Positions 6,250-11,265 of a stretch of DNA of 11,265 nucleotides are shown here, piece by piece (positions within the stretch are counted from its first letter, which is position 1; every line of letters begins with the position of its first letter). Under the pieces are notes generated by a model. It worked only from the letters and a program-made list of their open reading frames with translations, did no database searches and was not told the origin of the DNA. Made by a program: the position numbers and the translations under genes. Origin of the DNA: Candidatus Nanohalarchaeota archaeon (GTDB taxonomy: Archaea; Nanohalarchaeota; Nanosalinia; Nanosalinales; JAFCCC01); assembly GCA_017610385.1 (NCBI GenBank), contig JAFCCC010000014.1, positions 1-11,265 of the forward strand, written 5' to 3'.

Positions 6250-7935
6250 CTAACTATGTGTATAAAAACAAGAAATTATCTTTCCTATTTTATCTACTCT
6301 TACAAATCCGAATCGTTCATATTGAATAACTTCATTTTCTTTAACTTCTAATATATTGTTTTCACAAAATCCCTTGAAAATTTTTCCATCTGGCATAAAT
6401 ACTTTGCAGGGAATCGTTTGATCTTTAGGCAGCCAATGAACTATTGGAATTTTCTTTTTTACTGTTTGATTATTTGCTAAAAATTTAGCTTTTTTCCCAT
6501 TTAATTCTATATCAAATAATTGTTTCAATCTTAATTTTTTATTTTTAGAATCTTTCTTTTCAATTAATAAAATTACTGAATTATTTTTCGGAGAAACTGT
6601 AATTTTTCTTATTCCTTTTTCTAGATAATCTGGATGTTTTAAAATTTTTGCAACAAATTCTCTTGGAACATTTTCAACTTTAATTTCTACTGGCTCAGAA
6701 ACAAAAAAATATCTATTTGATTGTGGCTCAATTATAATTCTATTTTCCCGATATAGATTTTCTATAGGAACTTTGCTATCCGTTTTAGTTAATCCGATGG
6801 CCAGAACAAATTTTCTGATCGCTTCTGGTTTAAAGCCACGTTTTTTTAAAGATTGCAGTGACCACGTTCTTGGATCGTACCAACCAATATACTCTCCATT
6901 TTTTACCTCTTTTTGAGCTTTAGACTTGCTTATTTTAGCTCCTTCTAATTGCAACATCCCACTCATTAATATTTCCGGAGCTTTCCAACCCAGTAGTTTC
7001 CACATAAATCGTTCCATTTTTTCTTCCATAGCCAAATCTTTTCCTCTTAATATATGGGTTATGCCTAATTCGTGATCATCAATGGCCCAAGAAAATTCCA
7101 ACATTGGCCACACTTTAAATTTATCTTTAACCTTCGGATGTAGTGTATCTGAAATTCTTAATAAAACTCTATCTCTAAATGCCGGGTCGCGATCTTTCAT
7201 ATTTGTTTTTAAACGAACAGAAGCTTCTCCTTCTTTATATTTTCCCGAAATCATTTTTTTCCATTCTTTCAAATTTACTTCTGAAGTTTGTTTTCTATGT
7301 TTGCATTCAATTCCTTTTTTTCTATATTCTCTTAATTTTTCAGTCGGACAGGTGCAAACATATGCCCAACCATTTTTCAGAAACTCTTCAGCATATTTAT
7401 AAAATAAATTCATTCGATCTGATTTGTAAACAATTTTATCAATTTTAATTCCTAACCATTTTAATCCATCAATAATTAACTCATATGCATCAAGAATTGG
7501 AACTTTTGATTTGCTTCCAATTGTATCATCAATGACTAGAATAAATTTTCCATTGTATTTCTTAACATATTCATCGTTTAATATGGCTGGTCTTGAATTG
7601 CCTATATGTAATGGACCGGAGGGAAATGGAGCAAATCTCATTACAACTTTACCTCTCTTAGTGTTCTTTAATTCTTTCAGTGATTTTTCTTGAATTTTCT
7701 TTTCTTTATAGGTATACTTTTCCATGAGTTTTTGTTGATCTTCTAATTTTAGAGAATTTATTTGTTCACAAATTTTGTTTATTTTTGGAATGATTTCTTT
7801 TAATTGAGATTTTAATTTATTATTTTCAGAAATAATTTTTCCCAGGACTGCCTTTGAATTACAATTTCCGTTATGTTCTATTGCATTTTTTACAGCATAC
7901 TTTTCAATTAAGTTTTCAAGAGCATATTCTTTCAT
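6250..7935 (-). CDS. gltX: Glutamate--tRNA ligase, archaeal type (probably non-discriminating)
   Basis: RFAPFPSGPLHIGN (HIGH), KISKS (KMSKS), AYVCTC...CKHR, DPAFRDRV, ITHILRGKD, C-terminal QYERFGFVRVD, archaeal N-terminal extension. Confidence 0.98.
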   Translation of the reverse strand: MKEYALENLIEKYAVKNAIEHNGNCNSKAVLGKIISENNKLKSQLKEIIPKINKICEQINSLKLEDQQKLMEKYTYKEKKIQEKSLKELKNTKRGKVVMRFAPFPSGPLHIGNSRPAILNDEYVKKYNGKFILVIDDTIGSKSKVPILDAYELIIDGLKWLGIKIDKIVYKSDRMNLFYKYAEEFLKNGWAYVCTCPTEKLREYRKKGIECKHRKQTSEVNLKEWKKMISGKYKEGEASVRLKTNMKDRDPAFRDRVLLRISDTLHPKVKDKFKVWPMLEFSWAIDDHELGITHILRGKDLAMEEKMERFMWKLLGWKAPEILMSGMLQLEGAKISKSKAQKEVKNGEYIGWYDPRTWSLQSLKKRGFKPEAIRKFVLAIGLTKTDSKVPIENLYRENRIIIEPQSNRYFFVSEPVEIKVENVPREFVAKILKHPDYLEKGIRKITVSPKNNSVILLIEKKDSKNKKLRLKQLFDIELNGKKAKFLANNQTVKKKIPIVHWLPKDQTIPCKVFMPDGKIFKGFCENNILEVKENEVIQYERFGFVRVDKIGKIISCFYTHS

Positions 7936-7975
7936 AATATCTTATTTACGCTTAGAATATTAATAACCTGTTATT

Positions 7976-8359
7976 TTACCAATCTACAAAGTCAGTTAAA
8001 AGTGCTTTTGGATCTTTTAAGATTGCTTGAATGATTGTATACGGCGTATTTTCTGGAAGTAAAATTCCAAATAAATCTTCGATGGCTATTATTCCTTTTT
8101 TGGAATATTCTCTAGTATTTGAATTTCGACCAAAAAGTATGTCTGGAAGCTTCGGTGGTTTATAGTCGTTTCTAAGCCTCATTTTAATTTTTTCCGTATC
8201 ATAGCTTGCATATAATACCTCAATTTCATTATCATTCATTCCTTTTAGAAAGGTTCTGTATCTACATGGTTTCATATGAGCAGAAGTGTTTACAGAAACG
8301 GTTTCCAATCCTTTAAAGATTTCTTCAACTTCTTTGAGGAGTTTTTGTTTTTTATTCAT
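7976..8359 (-). CDS. Hypothetical protein (127 aa)
   Basis: ATG ORF starting 5 nt after the rnj stop and filling the rnj-gltX gap; no recognisable motif. Confidence 0.7.
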   Translation of the reverse strand: MNKKQKLLKEVEEIFKGLETVSVNTSAHMKPCRYRTFLKGMNDNEIEVLYASYDTEKIKMRLRNDYKPPKLPDILFGRNSNTREYSKKGIIAIEDLFGILLPENTPYTIIQAILKDPKALLTDFVDW

Positions 8360-8364
8360 TTTAC

Positions 8365-9678
8365 TTAGAAGTTTAAGATTCTGCCATTTTGAGAAATATG
8401 TACATTTTTCTCTATAGTATACCCTTCTTCTATGGCTAATTCGGCATAAGCGCCTAAATGATCTATTCCACCGTGTGCCGGAACCACGTTTTCTGGATTT
8501 AACATTTTCAATAGTTTTCGATGATCTTCTTTATGTGCATGCCCAGAAGCATGAACATTTCTATATACTCTAACACCTTGTTCTGATAATTTCCTTTCTA
8601 AAATATATCGATTTGAAACATTTATTGGAGATGGAATAATTTCACTTGAAAAAACCACATGATCTTCTCTTTTAAATGAAAAAGGAAGCTCTTCCCGTGC
8701 TAAACGAGATAATACTGCATTTTGTTCTCCTTGATGACCAGTACAAACAATTAGATAATTTCCGCGATCTCTTGAAACTCTTTTTAGTATCTCAGATAAA
8801 TCCTTTCTTCTGGTAGCAACCTCAATATTGCCTAAATTAATCAAACCTCGTTTTTCTGCTAAAGTAGCATATCCCTTTAATGATCTTCCTAAAAATACAA
8901 TTTTTCTCTGATTATTGTTTACTTTAATTATATTATTTAAACGAGCAATATGCGATGCAAAGGTTGTTGTAACCACCAAAGAATTATCTGGATAGATTTT
9001 GGCAAAATTGTGTTTTAATTTGATTTGTGCTTCTTTTTCAGAAGGACTGAAATTCTTTTGAAGAATTCTGGTTGTATCCGGAATATATAATTTTATATTT
9101 TCCGTTCCTAATTCTTTAAATCTTTTGTAATCTGGTTTTTTACCTAAAGTTGGTTCTTCATCTAACTTAAAATCATTTGCGTAGACTACTTTGCCTTCGG
9201 TGGTGTTTAGAACACTTAAAACCGTATCTGGTATGCTATGAGTAATGTGAACAAATTCTAATTCTAATTTTTCAGAAATTTTAATTGATTTTCCCGCTGA
9301 TAATTCTATAATTTTGTTTTTAATTGGTTTTTTACTGTCTTTATTCATTTTACGAATTATATCGCAGGCATATGGCGGAGCAATAATAGGACAATTATAA
9401 TTGTGCGCTAAAAATGAAACTGCACCACAATGATCTAAATGCCCATGATTTATTACAATTGCTTTAACTTTTTTCTTTTGTTTTTGAATTATGGCGTCAT
9501 CTGGAATTGCCCCTGAAATAATAATTTCAGGCAAACTCAGATTATCCATTTCTTCGTTGAGTTCCACAACCTTCTCCATATTATATCCCATGTCAAAAAT
9601 AACAATTTCATTATTTACTTCAATAGCCGTCATATTCTTCCCAACTTCACTATATCCTCCAATACAATACATTTTCAT
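8365..9678 (-). CDS. rnj: Ribonuclease J (archaeal beta-CASP MBL 5'-3' exoribonuclease)
   Basis: GGYSEVGKNMTA, DMG, HGHLDHCG, THSIPD, DFKLD, TTFASHIARL, TGHQGE, HASGH, PAHG; 437 aa, lacks the bacterial C-terminal domain. Confidence 0.96.
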   Translation of the reverse strand: MKMYCIGGYSEVGKNMTAIEVNNEIVIFDMGYNMEKVVELNEEMDNLSLPEIIISGAIPDDAIIQKQKKKVKAIVINHGHLDHCGAVSFLAHNYNCPIIAPPYACDIIRKMNKDSKKPIKNKIIELSAGKSIKISEKLELEFVHITHSIPDTVLSVLNTTEGKVVYANDFKLDEEPTLGKKPDYKRFKELGTENIKLYIPDTTRILQKNFSPSEKEAQIKLKHNFAKIYPDNSLVVTTTFASHIARLNNIIKVNNNQRKIVFLGRSLKGYATLAEKRGLINLGNIEVATRRKDLSEILKRVSRDRGNYLIVCTGHQGEQNAVLSRLAREELPFSFKREDHVVFSSEIIPSPINVSNRYILERKLSEQGVRVYRNVHASGHAHKEDHRKLLKMLNPENVVPAHGGIDHLGAYAELAIEEGYTIEKNVHISQNGRILNF

Positions 9679-9684
9679 TTGAAA

Positions 9685-11265
9685 TCACTTTTTTATTTTA
9701 TAATAAATTAGAGATGCAAAAATCCCTAAGATTATAAGATAACCCCAATTTAGATCTGGAGCATTATATACACCCCGCCCCAAGTTTTTTATAATTAATT
9801 CAATTTCCTTATCTGTTTCTAACCCTGTCAGTTCTGTTGCCTGAGCGTTAATTATTAATGGCGCATTTCCAAACAATTTTCCAAATATTTTTACATAAAC
9901 TCCCTTTTCTTCCAAAATATCTAAACTAATTTCACATTTTGTCTGGCTTTCACATACAACTCCTGGAGTTTCTTGAATTACGATATTTGCAATATCAAAT
10001 GCTTCACCAAGAATTTTAATAGTATAATTTTGCTTTAAGAACAATTGATTTTTGATTAAAATAGTCATTGTTGATTGTTCATCTAAATTAACTCTAAATT
10101 GATCGTAATCTGGATCTAAACTAATTTTTGGGGGCAAATCAGGATCAATTCCCGTTCTTTTTATCAAAAATAGTGCATTTTTGACTAGGTCATTATTTCC
10201 AACTAAATCTTGCGAATAAAAACATACTTGTTTTTCGCAAGTTTCACCAACTGGGCAGTAAACACCACTTTCAACTTTTGGTTCAATTCTTTCTGTGTAA
10301 ACTTCGCTTCCACACGGATTTGTAGCGTTAATTATTTGATAATATATTTTTTTACATCCAGAACCGAAAGAATCATCGCAGGTTATATTAAACGCAACAT
10401 TTGTCTCTGAATATTGGACTCCATTAGGAGTAATTTCTGTATTTGGAGATTCTAAGTCTATATAAAAAATACCACTTTTCTTTATTTCTTCGGTTTGATC
10501 AAATGTGTCTATGCTATAATAGCAAACTTGTTTTTTACACACTTCGTTTTCTGGACAAGTTACATTAAACTCTAGCCCTGTTGAAAAGCCAGTTGTTCCA
10601 CCTTCTGTGCCATTGTTAACTATTTTATAGTATGTATCTGCGCAACCGCTGTTATCAACACATGTTAAAGTTACACCAACATTTGTATTTGCCCACGGAG
10701 ACCCAGTAGGTTCTATGGATGTTTCTGGGGGGAATTCGTCTTCTGCTGTTGTAAATGCTAATTCTGCCCAAGAAGTCCAGCTTCCACTGCCGTATGCTCG
10801 CACAGAAACATAATAGTTTGTTGAAGTAATCAAAGGATCACCCGTTTTTGTAACTTCTTCTGCAGAAGAAACAATTTCAGTTGACCAAACCTTTGTTCCA
10901 GATCTACCAGAATTACTCCATATTTCAATTTGTGCTTTTTCTTGAGAAGAACCTCCAGGATTATAATAGTCCCATTCAAAGGTTGGAGTAAAGTCTTTAA
11001 CATCATTATTATTTTCTCCTTTAACATTCACATTAGAAACACTTGACATTTGACCCCAGTAAATCGTGCCTACTGCACCAGCCCGATACCCCGTTCCACC
11101 TGTTACATAAACATGGCTTACAGGGAATGTTTTAGTCGCGTAATATATGGCTATTCTACCACCTCCACCACCACCAGCCTTATAGGTACCATAAGACGGA
11201 TTTACACCACCGTTTCCCCCGTTAGTTCTAATAGTTCCAGAACCGGCAATAGTATTCGTTATAAT
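9685..11265 (-). CDS. Large membrane-anchored cell-surface protein, 5'-truncated (Gly-rich + FnIII-like + Cys-rich Ig-like repeats + C-terminal TM anchor)
   Basis: The frame stays open 72 codons upstream of the track's Met 11049: IITNTIAGSGTIRTNGGNGGVNPSYGTYKAGGGGGGRIAIYYATKTFPVSHVYVTGGTGYRAGAVGTIYWGQ. It ends APDLNWGYLIILGIFASLIYYKIKK. N-glycosylation sequons NGT, NVT, NIT, NAT and NYT are present. Confidence 0.9.
   Translation of the reverse strand: MITNTIAGSGTIRTNGGNGGVNPSYGTYKAGGGGGGRIAIYYATKTFPVSHVYVTGGTGYRAGAVGTIYWGQMSSVSNVNVKGENNNDVKDFTPTFEWDYYNPGGSSQEKAQIEIWSNSGRSGTKVWSTEIVSSAEEVTKTGDPLITSTNYYVSVRAYGSGSWTSWAELAFTTAEDEFPPETSIEPTGSPWANTNVGVTLTCVDNSGCADTYYKIVNNGTEGGTTGFSTGLEFNVTCPENEVCKKQVCYYSIDTFDQTEEIKKSGIFYIDLESPNTEITPNGVQYSETNVAFNITCDDSFGSGCKKIYYQIINATNPCGSEVYTERIEPKVESGVYCPVGETCEKQVCFYSQDLVGNNDLVKNALFLIKRTGIDPDLPPKISLDPDYDQFRVNLDEQSTMTILIKNQLFLKQNYTIKILGEAFDIANIVIQETPGVVCESQTKCEISLDILEEKGVYVKIFGKLFGNAPLIINAQATELTGLETDKEIELIIKNLGRGVYNAPDLNWGYLIILGIFASLIYYKIKK
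10159..10740 (-). repeat. Two tandem 94-100 aa Cys-rich Ig-like protein repeats
   Basis: DEFPPETSI..TNVGVTLTCVDNSGC..YYKI..CPENEVCKKQVCYYSID versus DLESPNTEI..TNVAFNITCDDSFGSGC..YYQI..CPVGETCEKQVCFYSQD. Confidence 0.85.

Noticed and set aside
7082-7693. Three plus-strand ORFs inside gltX
   Set aside because: Antisense shadows of a conserved gene.
7962-7975. Inverted repeat AATAAC-CT-GTTATT upstream of gltX
   Set aside because: Short and AT-rich with no second copy seen; cannot be distinguished from chance.
7976-8359. The orphan as a decayed idsA (KMRLRN versus GKRLRP)
   Set aside because: No DDxxD motifs and the spacing is wrong; the similarity is too slight.
9491-11027. ORFs 9491..9682 (+), 10210..10410 (+) and 10830..11027 (-)
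   Set aside because: Almost wholly overlap rnj or the surface protein in other frames; no independent evidence.
11047-11049. Met 11049 as the start of the surface protein
   Set aside because: The frame is open and clearly coding for 72 more codons up to the window edge, and no signal peptide follows this Met.
10744-11049. Calling the surface protein a GH78 rhamnosidase
   Set aside because: Only the accessory FnIII-like domain resembles the GH78 N-terminus; no catalytic barrel is visible in the window.
1-11265. Stop-codon reassignment, inteins, tRNA/rRNA, CRISPR, IS elements
   Set aside because: Complete genes translate uninterrupted with code 11 and have normal lengths. Intergenic gaps are at most ~135 nt and AT-rich, with no cloverleaf, spaced repeats or terminal inverted repeats.

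Overview
AT-rich, gene-dense archaeal chromosome segment, most consistent with a reduced-genome DPANN lineage (inferred from divergent informational proteins and missing metabolic neighbours). Core genes are an Lrp/AsnC regulator, stand-alone Kae1, aIF5B (infB), rpl24e (51 aa, missed by the ORF track), rps28e, rpl7ae, archaeal GluRS (gltX) and RNase J. Accessory genes are a partial minus-strand protein with ~35-aa helical repeats (1..625, missed by the track), a LacX-like aldose 1-epimerase inverted in the slot normally held by ndk, and two hypotheticals. At the right edge is a large cell-surface protein whose frame stays open to the window end (Gly-rich GGGGGGRIAI module, FnIII-like domain, two Cys-rich Ig-like repeats, PEF-CTERM-like anchor). 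Two classical archaeal gene clusters are recognisable with their metabolic members (ndk; fni/idsA) replaced by unrelated genes. I saw no rRNA, tRNA, CRISPR array, intein or transposase. No complete novel system can be proven from the sequence alone; the best leads are the surface protein, the repeat protein with its Lrp regulator, and the slot replacements.
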